Below are positions 9,501 to 18,695 of a stretch of 64,000 nucleotides of DNA, one piece after another. Position 1 is the first letter of the stretch; every line of letters starts with the position of its first letter. The stretch comes from Candidatus Omnitrophota bacterium. GTDB taxonomy: Bacteria > Omnitrophota > Gorgyraeia > Zapsychrales > Zapsychraceae. The stretch covers positions 11,470 through 75,469 of the forward strand of contig JADFYE010000008.1 in the NCBI GenBank assembly GCA_015233195.1. Direction: 5' to 3'. Position numbers and translations under genes: made by a program. Under the pieces are notes generated by a model. It was given only the letters and a program-made list of their open reading frames with translations. It had not been told where the DNA came from and did not search any database.

Positions 9501-12383
9501 TGATACTTGAAACTTATCCGCTACTGTAGGAGTATCTATCAACCTACGTCTTAATTCATCAGGAATTCTTTTAATAAAACGTTCATCATCTTTCCAATAT
9601 TTAAAAACCCGTACATTTAATGCAACAGCAACCCACATAGAATCAAGTATCCACTGAATCGTTTCATCCTTCATCTGCCCCATATTCCGGTTAGCACGAG
9701 CATCCTTAAATAATTGCCGCGCATTTTCCGCTTCTAAAACCCCGTCAATATATGCTCGAGCTATCCATAAATCATCTTTATGCAAAAGATTATCTTGTAC
9801 TGCCCATCCCAAAACCTCATTAACCCTTTGTGCAACTTTATCACTCCATTTTTCCATCTTCCATGCCGCCCAAAAAGGCACAATGTCAGGATTCGGAGCT
9901 AAATATTTATTTTTACTATCAGCAAACGGATCATGTTTAAACACCTCTACGTCGCGGGTAAGATTTAAAATTCTTTCATATGAAAGCGAAAGAAAATTAG
10001 GACCTTCTCTATGATAAGCACCAACAATATCATCAATATTAGCTTTTAATTTTTCCATTAATTCATCAGTCAACCAGTATTTTTTTTGTAGAATAAAGAA
10101 TTGAAAACCATCTACCATCATAGCCGCGTCATCAATCCCAACATCAATTGTTGTAGGAGTGCTCTGAATTAAAAGATTAAATCTTCCATCTTGAGTTCTA
10201 TTCATCGCATCTAACACGGCAAGAGAAACCGCGTTTGACAAACTATCATTTTTAAGCCATTTCTCTATAGAAAGGCTTGCTCCGTTGTACGATACCCTGA
10301 GTGTTTGTTGAGCCTGTTGTTGATCTAAAACTTTAAAAGCTGAATAAAGTCCCATATAATCAAGATCTAACCCCACGCTTATGACATCTGACTGCGGAGT
10401 ATTTTTCGTTGTTGTAGCACTAACATTTTCTTCCCATTTTTGTAAACTTCTAAACCATTCATTAACTACGCCACCTCGGGATTGGTCTTTATCAATGTTA
10501 CCCTGATCGTCGATCACAACCTTTAACCAGTTGTCACTTTGCATGATATAACCGCGTTCCGATCCTGCTGGAAATTTTACAACTGTATAAATAAGCGTTT
10601 TTGGATCTTTAAAATGTTTAATCTCATTCATCATATACTGATGCAACATTAACACGAAACGATCTTCTCCAGTTTGCAACACTATTTTGCTTGGAATTAT
10701 TTTTCTTCCATGAGTGATAGTATATTCCACTTGTGATACTGCAGTTGCATTCATTGCAAAGTCAGCTTTGGTTGCGTCAGTAGATAAAATTATTTGATAT
10801 GCCCAATAATTAACATTGCGAGACCTAACAACACTACGATCCCTAGCCAGTTCACCTTTAACAAATTCTGGATGATTATCCTTAAAATCTTTAATAAAAG
10901 CCATACCATCCTCGTATGCAGCATCAGCAGGTAAAGCATATCTAATTCTGATATTACTTACAGCTACCGGGGTTTGTGAGTTTTCTAATAAATATTTAGC
11001 ATCTGAATTATGCGGAATAAGTGCAAATTTATCATTTGGCCAAGTTATTGTAAATACCGCAACACTACTGTCAGAAAAAGTAATGTTTATTTTTGTTGGC
11101 GTTTTCATATCATGCTTAAGAGAACTATATAAATTTGAAGCCATCAAATCAGCAAATATTTGCGAAAAACTTAACTTAGGCGTTACCTTCTCCGACATCA
11201 TCGCAGCGTCGGGATTTGCCTTAACCATATTTACAGTAGCCATAGCCATGTCACCGTCTTTAAAAACATTATCACCAGGCGCCCGCTCATGAGCAATTTG
11301 CATTGCTTTATCAATACCAAAACCATCCACAATTCCACCTGAAAAATATTTGCGGCTTATAACTTTCTGGTCTACAGGGTCATATTCTTCTTTAATATAA
11401 TCGTACGCGCCTTTTTTGAAGGATTCTAAATATTGGGCGTAAATTTTTTCTTTAACCGCAGGATCAGATGATAAAACACCACTGGTTTTATCTTTATTTG
11501 AATAAACCTGATTTAATAACGCGTTCTTTAATGATTGCTTATACCAAGTAGCTAATATCATTGAATAAAACATCTGACGAAGCTGAGCAAAATGAGCGCC
11601 TTCGTTAACTTCTTTTTCAATGGCTGGGATGATGATCTCTTTTAAAATTTTTGTATTATCCCCCCCTACCCTACCCTTCCCCACCCCCGTAATTTGGTCA
11701 GGGGGAAGGTGTTTTTGCGCCCAATCAGATGCTTGACAGTCATTCTCTGTTAAAACCTTCAAATGTGCTCCGACCACATACGCTGTATTATTTCTTTCTA
11801 AAACCTTTGCCTTATCTGCTACAATCCAAACTTTGTTAAACGTATCTGTTGGGATTTCAGACGTGCCAAATTTGGCTTTAACTTCAGAATAAACTTTATC
11901 CCAAAACTTCTGTCCGATTTCTTTTTCAGGATAAATAAGTGAAGCAGTTAATTGTTTCAAAATATAATCCTGCGCTAACATGTCTCGACCTAATTCAGTC
12001 TTGCTTAACACGTCAGGAATAATGCGATCTTTTTCAGTTGGAGATAAGTTGACCCAAAGATCATTTTCTTTAATAGTAAGAGAAGCTAAAAAATATTTAA
12101 TAAGTTTTTGTGATTCGTTTTTGAATTCCGGAGCATCAATTTTGAGTCCGGACTTGCCTGTATCCAAAATAAAATCAAAAAGCAAAGGATTATCAGGATG
12201 AACTTGCAAACCTTTCATCATGACCGGAATATAAGCAGACGTAGGTAAAACCATTGTACCGGGAACTGGTAAATTAAGCCCATTCGACAAGCTCAGGGCA
12301 GGCTGCGCATAACCTGTGCCGGTAAAAAAGTTGGTAAATAAAAAAGCTGTTAATATAATTAAACTGACCACGCGTCGAAACAT
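6588..12383 (-). CDS. giant modular secreted protein A (1931 aa): signal peptide + conserved N-cap + DxAM-delimited modules + GGIELN C-cap
   Basis: ATG at 12383 with a GGAG RBS. Signal peptide ends GYA/QP. N-cap (aa ~36-350) is alignable to B and C; C-terminal 70 aa are alignable to D, B and C. Confidence 0.9.
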   Translation of the reverse strand: MFRRVVSLIILTAFLFTNFFTGTGYAQPALSLSNGLNLPVPGTMVLPTSAYIPVMMKGLQVHPDNPLLFDFILDTGKSGLKIDAPEFKNESQKLIKYFLASLTIKENDLWVNLSPTEKDRIIPDVLSKTELGRDMLAQDYILKQLTASLIYPEKEIGQKFWDKVYSEVKAKFGTSEIPTDTFNKVWIVADKAKVLERNNTAYVVGAHLKVLTENDCQASDWAQKHLPPDQITGVGKGRVGGDNTKILKEIIIPAIEKEVNEGAHFAQLRQMFYSMILATWYKQSLKNALLNQVYSNKDKTSGVLSSDPAVKEKIYAQYLESFKKGAYDYIKEEYDPVDQKVISRKYFSGGIVDGFGIDKAMQIAHERAPGDNVFKDGDMAMATVNMVKANPDAAMMSEKVTPKLSFSQIFADLMASNLYSSLKHDMKTPTKINITFSDSSVAVFTITWPNDKFALIPHNSDAKYLLENSQTPVAVSNIRIRYALPADAAYEDGMAFIKDFKDNHPEFVKGELARDRSVVRSRNVNYWAYQIILSTDATKADFAMNATAVSQVEYTITHGRKIIPSKIVLQTGEDRFVLMLHQYMMNEIKHFKDPKTLIYTVVKFPAGSERGYIMQSDNWLKVVIDDQGNIDKDQSRGGVVNEWFRSLQKWEENVSATTTKNTPQSDVISVGLDLDYMGLYSAFKVLDQQQAQQTLRVSYNGASLSIEKWLKNDSLSNAVSLAVLDAMNRTQDGRFNLLIQSTPTTIDVGIDDAAMMVDGFQFFILQKKYWLTDELMEKLKANIDDIVGAYHREGPNFLSLSYERILNLTRDVEVFKHDPFADSKNKYLAPNPDIVPFWAAWKMEKWSDKVAQRVNEVLGWAVQDNLLHKDDLWIARAYIDGVLEAENARQLFKDARANRNMGQMKDETIQWILDSMWVAVALNVRVFKYWKDDERFIKRIPDELRRRLIDTPTVADKFQVSPTKDLYTLGFSREDFHAMWQGGIVDRSPYAAYSSSSYWGRWNNRFETGQMIEHIFDTQLFSYGDYQRSVKTGQQILPLPFILAGSEEIFTVAVGEKYPLGKDYFLHVERRDDLKAVISVTYETQGSVVPIRRPVLLGAYDYIIDYDKNFGTMQVLTVTQDRVTFKKTDAAMNVQMDADDQKRVEALKLDADAQAVLAKLGTAGIDPKWVLLLTQEFLGQSIYAQSLLTVIADHESLYLNENFKKHGEVVYAVDFERKPVKPDQIALSCFYIIDMSRDGMERIDLSPSNFLKLLGDAFSKKPEIVKNFFLYGFAAGKQRFYPRMEGFSFPVSSAAAMEYFNLVLAGNRLIKIQSFKHDNTWGLLVNGQILENVILDSGDVIASGRGLILFTQKKNTAEPVVIMKVEGDNLVKIPKDIVTTFIEGQAMVPDSVYYDSFMASDKLWGIFYMVPNPRGASLNSELKEMTFNLERIAPDAAMQVSEADLAKEKVRLLGVLTKPETNSDADIALAIRSWADFGGLTDIEKQQRTFLFAAIILQDNYGPWAKFAALESIRLEGFNEDDISGTRKGIWKRIQLAINFASENNNEAVKTAAIAAAERLQYLTQEVPLFKDSDILNNLLKKARESGNVFRHDFTVSSGAERSVVKQLFINNELKVKYQVKSSTGKIFFVTFEKKYSLGKFLGFEVMCSDEWTVSKSPALGKEIKLSSVSSDEKIIIEVPEFDNVMGSFFFYSGTGSVSYVFDRVDKAMVDTAAVKGNDLAMQASAENHQDDENSFTVDGTKEVHRFPFSGNQQVAKYMVTPNFDTPYEGKSFFITIKRLYDPTDENRFIGFEVTSDERTVNDVSYEHGLFDVLSESGKGIEIVIRRPVTAAGRFTFFGAETDSNFFFERVDEADKAIVNGGIELNGNKMGLDVIKNGSPSTRPDGLAQDEPFRFNPAMVAEFQKGNLLGVEGIILRIISIPSPLPMLGLE

Positions 12384-12485
12384 ATAAAATCTCCATATAT
12401 AGGTAAATTAATAATAAGATGGGAAAGTATGCCATATAATATATAGATATGGCAAGGGGACAAAGAATAAGACTTTTGGAACCAT

Positions 12486-12506
12486 CCGTAACCCCCGGGG
12501 TTACGG
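12486..12506. repeat. palindrome ccgtaacccccggggttacgg immediately after the mnmG stop
   Basis: Read directly. The same core occurs at 54989-55007 and a related core at 5806-5857. Confidence 0.85.
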
Positions 12507-12511
12507 AAAGG

Positions 12512-14395
12512 TTAAATTTTATTTTTACGCTGATTTGACAATTTTTTAAGATAAATCATCAAAATTGAGATTGCCGCAGGGGTAACTCCAGAAATTCGAT
12601 TGGCTTGACCAAGTGTCATAGGCTTAAACTGTTTTAATTTTTGCTTAATTTCATGTGATAAGCTCGCAACCTCATCATAATTAAGCTCCGCAGGTATTTT
12701 AATATTTTCTATATGTCGAAATTTTTCTATTTCTTTTTTCTGCCGGATAATAAACCCTTCATATTTTATTTCATATTCAATCTGCTCAACAATTTCGTTA
12801 GACATATCAACAGCACTTCCGCAACATTTCATTAATTTTTCATAATTCATTTCCGGACGTTTTAAAACATCACTTAAAGACGCTGGCTGACGTAACCCAG
12901 CTGAACCAAATTTTTCTAATGCGCCATCAAATTCACCTTTAGGATACATTTTGGTTTGACGCAGCCGTTCTACTTCCTGATTAATTTTTTCATACTTAAC
13001 TTCAACTTTTCTAAAATATGCTTCAGGCAATATCCCAAATTTATATCCATATTTACTCAACCGATAATCTGCATTATCTTCGCGCACCAGCAACCGATAT
13101 TCAACTCGCGACGTAAACATCCGATACGGCTCTTCTGTTCCTTTAGTTACCAAATCATCAATTAATACGCCAACATATGCTTCATCGCGCCCTAAAATAA
13201 ATGGTTCTTGTTCTTTTGCATGCAGACCAGCATTAATGCCTGCGATCATTCCCTGCACTGCAGCTTCTTCATAGCCGGTTGTACCATTTATCTGCCCGGC
13301 TAAAAATAAACCTACGACTTTTTTGGTCTCCAAATTCGGTTTTAATTCCGTCGGAGGAATAACCCCATGCTCAATCGAATATCCATATTGAACTATTTTT
13401 ACATTTTCCAAACCTTGAATAGTATGGATGAATTCTTCCTGAACTTCAGCCGGCAAACCAGTCGACACCCCATTTGGATAAATAAGATCTGTATCTAAAC
13501 CTTCTGGTTCCAAAAAAACATGATGCGATTTTTTATCCGAAAATTTTTTAAGTTTATCCTCTATGGACGGGCAATAACGCACTCCAGTTGCCTGGATCTG
13601 CCCTGAATACATAGGCGACAAATGCATATTTGCCTGAATAATTTCATGAGTTTGTTCATTAGTATGCGTTATATAACACGGTACTTGCGGTTTATCTTTA
13701 TGAATACTTGCGGTACGGAAAGAAAATGGAACGATCTGCTCGTCCGAATGTTGAATAACCATGTGAGAATAATCTATGGTTCGTCCATCCAGCCTCGGCG
13801 GAGTACCAGTCTTAAAATGCAATACCTCAAAACCCAGCGCCCGAAAACTGTCAGCTAACTTTACTGAATTTGGCTCGCCTATACGTCCACCTGGAGTGAT
13901 CTCTTTTCCTCGATGCATTCTCCCGTCAAGAAAAGTACCTGCTGTTACAGTAACCGACTTAGCATGTATCTCAGTATCATCATTAACTTTAATTCCATAA
14001 ATCCGTCCAGCTTTAACCAAAAATTCTGTGGCATGACCTTCTAAAACATCTAAATTTTCTTGAGCACGAATAGTGCGCTGAATATATTCTTTGTATAATT
14101 TGCGGTCTGCCTGACACCTCGACGATCGAACTGCCGGACCTTTAGATGAATTCAACTGCCTAAATTGAATACCAGCAAAATCCGCGGCTAAACCCATAAC
14201 CCCACCGAGTGCGTCCACTTCCTTAACCAATTGTCCTTTACCAACTCCGCCAATAGCCGGATTACAGCTCATAGCGCCCACAGTATCAAAGAACATGGTA
14301 ACTAAAAGGGTTTTACAGCCCATCCGGGCTGACGCAACGCAAGCTTCAACTCCAGCGTGTCCCCCGCCGATAACTATACAATCATAATTTTTCAT
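12512..14395 (-). CDS. mnmG: tRNA uridine-5-carboxymethylaminomethyl(34) synthesis enzyme MnmG (GidA)
   Basis: YDCIVIGGGHAGVEA FAD motif. Full-length GidA-like sequence of 627 aa. Confidence 0.95.
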   Translation of the reverse strand: MKNYDCIVIGGGHAGVEACVASARMGCKTLLVTMFFDTVGAMSCNPAIGGVGKGQLVKEVDALGGVMGLAADFAGIQFRQLNSSKGPAVRSSRCQADRKLYKEYIQRTIRAQENLDVLEGHATEFLVKAGRIYGIKVNDDTEIHAKSVTVTAGTFLDGRMHRGKEITPGGRIGEPNSVKLADSFRALGFEVLHFKTGTPPRLDGRTIDYSHMVIQHSDEQIVPFSFRTASIHKDKPQVPCYITHTNEQTHEIIQANMHLSPMYSGQIQATGVRYCPSIEDKLKKFSDKKSHHVFLEPEGLDTDLIYPNGVSTGLPAEVQEEFIHTIQGLENVKIVQYGYSIEHGVIPPTELKPNLETKKVVGLFLAGQINGTTGYEEAAVQGMIAGINAGLHAKEQEPFILGRDEAYVGVLIDDLVTKGTEEPYRMFTSRVEYRLLVREDNADYRLSKYGYKFGILPEAYFRKVEVKYEKINQEVERLRQTKMYPKGEFDGALEKFGSAGLRQPASLSDVLKRPEMNYEKLMKCCGSAVDMSNEIVEQIEYEIKYEGFIIRQKKEIEKFRHIENIKIPAELNYDEVASLSHEIKQKLKQFKPMTLGQANRISGVTPAAISILMIYLKKLSNQRKNKI

Positions 14396-14446
14396 AAGTT
14401 AGAATTTAACCTGATTAGAGTGATTTGTCAACAACTTGAGAAAAGG

Positions 14447-15457
14447 CTACTTACTACGATTAGGTGTTAAACACGATTCGCGGATAACTAACTGCGGGGG
14501 TAAAGTCAAACGTTGACGATCTGTTTCTTTATTCTGTATTGCAGTATATAAAAGTCTAACTGCTTTTTCTGCCATTTCAAACAAAGGCTGTTTAACTGTA
14601 GTTAAACCTACTGTGCCAAATAAACACGATGGTCCATCATCAAAACCGATAACTGAAATATCTTCTGGCACTTTTAATCCGGTTTCAAATATCACACCGA
14701 TAATCTCAGACGCCATTTCATCACTGGCTGCAAATATGGCAGTCGGACGCTCTTTTAATGCCAACAGTTTTTCAATCGCTAAATGCGCGCTGCGACGGGA
14801 ATAATCACCTTTACAAATATAATCTTCCGGCACCTCACATTTTTTCTTATCTAAATACTGTTTAAATCCATCCAAACGCAAAGCCCCTGCCTGAGTATTT
14901 AAATTACCCGTAACCGTCGCAATCTTACGATGTCCTAAACTAAAAAGATAATCCGCAGCAATCTCCCCCCCGAGTCTATTATCTACTGCAATATAATCTA
15001 CTTCCAGGTCATCAGCCTGGTTATTAATTATCATACAAGGAATACCGCGGCTGACCGCTTCTTCCACTTGTTTACGGTTTTCAATAATGTCAGCAAAAAT
15101 AATTCCGCCGACAGCATTATAATTTATCGGATTAAATCCATTCGTAATATGAAAGACCAGGTCTAAATGCAAAGTTTCGCAAGCATGACCAATACCGCGG
15201 ATTATTTCAATAGCGTAGAATGAATGGAACATGCCCGGATATCCAGGCATGACCAAACCAATAGAATTATTTTGCCCACTGGCAAGACGCTGAGCATTTA
15301 CATTAGGAATGAATTTAAGATGCGCAATTGCTTCTTCAACCTTTGCCCGGTTTTCCTGATTAACTGAAGGCAGGTTATTAATTACCCGGGAAACGGTCGC
15401 AATAGAAACCTTGGCCCGTCTGGCCACATCACTTATACTAGTTTTTTTCTTCTGCAA
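14447..15457 (-). CDS. LacI family transcriptional regulator
   Basis: N-terminal HTH SISDVARRAKVSIATVSRVINN plus a periplasmic-binding-protein-like sugar-binding domain. Confidence 0.9.
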   Translation of the reverse strand: MQKKKTSISDVARRAKVSIATVSRVINNLPSVNQENRAKVEEAIAHLKFIPNVNAQRLASGQNNSIGLVMPGYPGMFHSFYAIEIIRGIGHACETLHLDLVFHITNGFNPINYNAVGGIIFADIIENRKQVEEAVSRGIPCMIINNQADDLEVDYIAVDNRLGGEIAADYLFSLGHRKIATVTGNLNTQAGALRLDGFKQYLDKKKCEVPEDYICKGDYSRRSAHLAIEKLLALKERPTAIFAASDEMASEIIGVIFETGLKVPEDISVIGFDDGPSCLFGTVGLTTVKQPLFEMAEKAVRLLYTAIQNKETDRQRLTLPPQLVIRESCLTPNRSK

Positions 15458-15465
15458 TGTCTTAA

Positions 15466-16749
15466 TTAGCGAACAGTATCGCCTACGCTGATTTTAACTT
15501 TTTGTTCTTTTATATCTGCCGCTGAAATATCTTTACGAACCTGAATAACTTCCAAGCGGGCAGCCTGATCTTGCCCTTTATAAACATAGAACACATCACC
15601 TAAAGCCACGCCTTTATTCTCGCCGGCATCAATGATCACAAAATGATTTTCTTCATTTACGCTGACCACTTTACCGGATATACCATGACCAGAAACTGCT
15701 TCAGGTTTTGAACTTACTACAATTGCCGGCAATTCCACTGCGCCATTTTTATCATCTTTCGGATAATTGAAAGAAGTGTTTTTAATCGTCTTATCCAAAC
15801 TATCTTTTATCTGCCAAATCTCGTCGATCTTGCTTTGAATAACTGATTCAGTCTTACCTAATTCGCTCTGCACTTGTTCTTTTTGCTGAGTAATTTGTAC
15901 TACTGATTTTTCCAAAGCTGATTTTGAAGCAATCAAGCGCTGCATTTCTTTTCTTAAATCAATATTATCTTTACCCACCTGCTCTAAACGGGTTTCAACT
16001 TCTTTTTTCTGATTCTTTGAACGCGCTAATTCAAGAGAAAGATTGTTAACCATTTCTTCTTTATAACGCATTTCCTGTTCAACCTGCTCTTTTTCTGCTT
16101 TTAAAGAATCCAACTGAATACTCATGTCTGAACTCTTTTGTTTTAAATCAACCAATTTTACAGAACTATCTGACAATTCAGTTTTAAGTTTATTTACTTC
16201 AACTTCCAAAGCAGCCTTTTGCTTAATAACTCCAGCCCAATATTCTGCATTACCGTCTGAAGCAGCTGAAGCATCCGGAGCAGGCGCTTCCTGAACTGCT
16301 GGCTTAGCGTCCTGAGATTCTTTCAACTTCTTCGCCAATTCTTCTTGTGCTGATTGAGCTTCTTCTAGCCGTTTTTTATATTTTTCCGTCGAATCCTCTG
16401 CTTCTTGAACTTTAGAAGACATTTCATCCGCTTTAGCCTGAGCTTGCTGTAATTGTTCATCAGCAGTACGCTTCTGTTCTCCGAGATCCGCGATTTGTTT
16501 GCCTAAATTTTCACGTTCCGCAGATAAGCTTTTTATATTTTCTTCTAAAGCTTTTTTATTTTCTTTAAGCTCCCCATTTTCCTGGTTCAACGCTTTTTCT
16601 TTTTTACGCAGACTATCGCGTTCAGATTGTAAAGCCGTGTTTTGCTGATTCAGACTCTGATTGGATATAGCTAAAAATATAGATAAGCCCAAAAAAAGCA
16701 CTACAAAAACCAACAAGAGTATGAGACCAGTCTTCGCGGTGTTAGACAT
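15466..16749 (-). CDS. membrane-anchored coiled-coil protein
   Basis: ATG at 16749 with an AAGGAG RBS (the track start at 16824 is unsupported). One N-terminal TM, ~330 aa of heptad-rich E/K/Q/L sequence, and a small C-terminal beta domain. Confidence 0.75.
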   Translation of the reverse strand: MSNTAKTGLILLLVFVVLFLGLSIFLAISNQSLNQQNTALQSERDSLRKKEKALNQENGELKENKKALEENIKSLSAERENLGKQIADLGEQKRTADEQLQQAQAKADEMSSKVQEAEDSTEKYKKRLEEAQSAQEELAKKLKESQDAKPAVQEAPAPDASAASDGNAEYWAGVIKQKAALEVEVNKLKTELSDSSVKLVDLKQKSSDMSIQLDSLKAEKEQVEQEMRYKEEMVNNLSLELARSKNQKKEVETRLEQVGKDNIDLRKEMQRLIASKSALEKSVVQITQQKEQVQSELGKTESVIQSKIDEIWQIKDSLDKTIKNTSFNYPKDDKNGAVELPAIVVSSKPEAVSGHGISGKVVSVNEENHFVIIDAGENKGVALGDVFYVYKGQDQAARLEVIQVRKDISAADIKEQKVKISVGDTVR

Positions 16750-16937
16750 GTTTATCTCCTTTTTATGTCCGTATTCGATTATGAATATAACAAACAAGGA
16801 TAAGGGTCTCAAGCATAAAACCATTTTTTTTATTTTTTTTTATGAAATTTTTCCGTCGGAAGGAGCTAAAACGCCAACTGCAGTCTATATAAATAATTAA
16901 TTAATGTAAAAAAATACTATTCTCAAATAATTACAGC

Positions 16938-17585
16938 TCATTCAAACCTGATGTCATCTAAATAAAATACCACAATTTCAGAATTAACTTCAGTACTAGT
17001 AGTCCAAGAAAATCCGCCAATAATAGAAGTAAGATCTTTGCCTGAAAGATCAATAGTATATTTTTTCCATTCATTGGAAAGAATGACTGGTCCCATTACT
17101 GCCATATCAGTATCAGGATAATCGCCGCTGATCCCGCCGACAGTAAATTCCTGAATCTGTTCCCCGCCTTTTTCTCCTCGAGCCCAAAAGGTAAGTTTGG
17201 TCGCGCCGGTTAAATTATAACCACCTTTACGTTTACCCCAATTATTCGCGGGATTAAGCCAATATATTCCTGACCAATTTGCTCCGTCGCGAGAACACTG
17301 GACGTCATATATTATTTTAATGCAGGATTGTCCGGCATGACACCCGCCGACCCATCCCTCATCCATCTTTACACACTGTCCGTCCGGCATAAACCCCGAC
17401 GGAATATAGTGGTTTTCCTTAGTGCCTTTATCCAAATAAACATGAAAAGGTACAAATGCCGTTTCATTTTTTTTATCAGCATATTTAACAACTTTAGTTT
17501 CAACCGCTTTATTCTCAACCTTGACTTTGTCACACGCTGATAACAAAAAAATTAAACTCGCCGCTATTCCTAACTGCAACTTCAT
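16938..17585 (-). CDS. lipoprotein with carbohydrate-binding-module-like beta-sandwich domain
   Basis: ATG at 17585 lies 5 nt after AAGGAG. Lipobox LLSAC. KLTFWARGEKGG...FYLDDIRFE resembles a CBM-type jelly-roll. The assignment is tentative. Confidence 0.5.
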   Translation of the reverse strand: MKLQLGIAASLIFLLSACDKVKVENKAVETKVVKYADKKNETAFVPFHVYLDKGTKENHYIPSGFMPDGQCVKMDEGWVGGCHAGQSCIKIIYDVQCSRDGANWSGIYWLNPANNWGKRKGGYNLTGATKLTFWARGEKGGEQIQEFTVGGISGDYPDTDMAVMGPVILSNEWKKYTIDLSGKDLTSIIGGFSWTTSTEVNSEIVVFYLDDIRFE

Positions 17586-17612
17586 AACCACTCCTTACTC
17601 AAATTAACCCAC

Positions 17613-17650
17613 AAAAAATTTTGCCCTGAACCCACGGTTCAGGGCAAAAT
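17613..17650 (-). terminator. rho-independent terminator
   Basis: 12-bp stem ttgccctgaacc (17621-17632) / ggttcagggcaa (17636-17647), then a T-run on the minus strand. Confidence 0.8.
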
Positions 17651-17684
17651 ATTACACTAAATCATATTTTCAAACAAGTGTTTT

Positions 17685-18530
17685 TTATAATTGTGCTAAA
17701 GCTTCTTGCGCAGCCTCTGCAGGTTTCCAAAACCAACCTTGAGGATCCCAGCACTGTGCAAATGAAAACTCATCAACTAACGTTTTATAAACAGCCTTTG
17801 CTTCATCTTTTTGTCCAGCCTTAGCTAATACCTGACCTTTAATATAAAGCGCGGTACCTACATCATTTAACGCCCAGAAATTAAAAATCTGTTCTTTAGA
17901 TTGCCAAGGATATTCAGTCAAAGACCCTTGCATTTCTTTTGCTTTAGCAGCATACAACTCAATAACTTTATCAGTATAAGTTGTTACCACTTTAACATCA
18001 CCTGACGGCAATGCTCTCCAAGCTTGACCAACTAAATAACTGGATGAATAATCTCCGAAATCAACATTAAGACCAGTATCAATCTGCGACATTTTTTCTT
18101 TAGCAGCATCCGCAGGCTTCCAGAACCAACCATTAGTATCAAAAGTCTGACCGAAAGAATATTTATCAACTAATTTTTTATAAGCTTCTACAGCTTCTTT
18201 ATCTTTTCCTGCACGATGATATGCTTCCCCTTGAATAAATAAACATGTTGCAACATCATTTAACGCCCAAAAACTAAAAATCTTTTCATTAGCACCTGTA
18301 GGATAGGTGGTCAAACCTTTTTGCATTTCTTCAGCTTTAGCACCATAAAGTTCAAGACATTTTCCGGTATACGCTAAAACACCTTCTAAATCATTCTTGG
18401 CTAAAGCCTCCCAAGCCTTTTTTGCCAATGTTTCTGATTTCATATCGCCAAAATTATATTGGGCGAAAACAGATGAGCACAAAAAAGTCATGCTCAAAAA
18501 CATCGCAAAGATTGATAATAATTTCTTCAT
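17685..18530 (-). CDS. secreted protein made of two TPR-like 'GWFWKP' modules
   Basis: Signal peptide. Internal duplication: ALNDVATCLFIQGEAYHRAGK...NGWFWKPADAA and ALNDVGTALYIKGQVLAKAGQ...QGWFWKPAEAA. Confidence 0.8.
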   Translation of the reverse strand: MKKLLSIFAMFLSMTFLCSSVFAQYNFGDMKSETLAKKAWEALAKNDLEGVLAYTGKCLELYGAKAEEMQKGLTTYPTGANEKIFSFWALNDVATCLFIQGEAYHRAGKDKEAVEAYKKLVDKYSFGQTFDTNGWFWKPADAAKEKMSQIDTGLNVDFGDYSSSYLVGQAWRALPSGDVKVVTTYTDKVIELYAAKAKEMQGSLTEYPWQSKEQIFNFWALNDVGTALYIKGQVLAKAGQKDEAKAVYKTLVDEFSFAQCWDPQGWFWKPAEAAQEALAQL

Positions 18531-18695
18531 AAAACGCCTCCTCCTAATAATTTGTTGGGTTTTTATATAAAATGGATTTAAATTACAGAATACTTATAAA
18601 GTATAATATATATATGTTAATTTTGCCAGTCGGTTTACAAACCATAAAACCTTTAAATCCAAATATTTACAATCTTAAATAAAAAAATTTTTTAA

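Noticed and set aside
12356-12383. Twin-arginine (Tat) signal on protein A (MFRRVVSL), given tatA/tatC in the window
   Set aside because: RR is followed by VVS rather than the S/T-R-R-x-F-L-K consensus. Paralogs B and C have ordinary Lys-containing Sec-type signal peptides. Most likely Sec-dependent.
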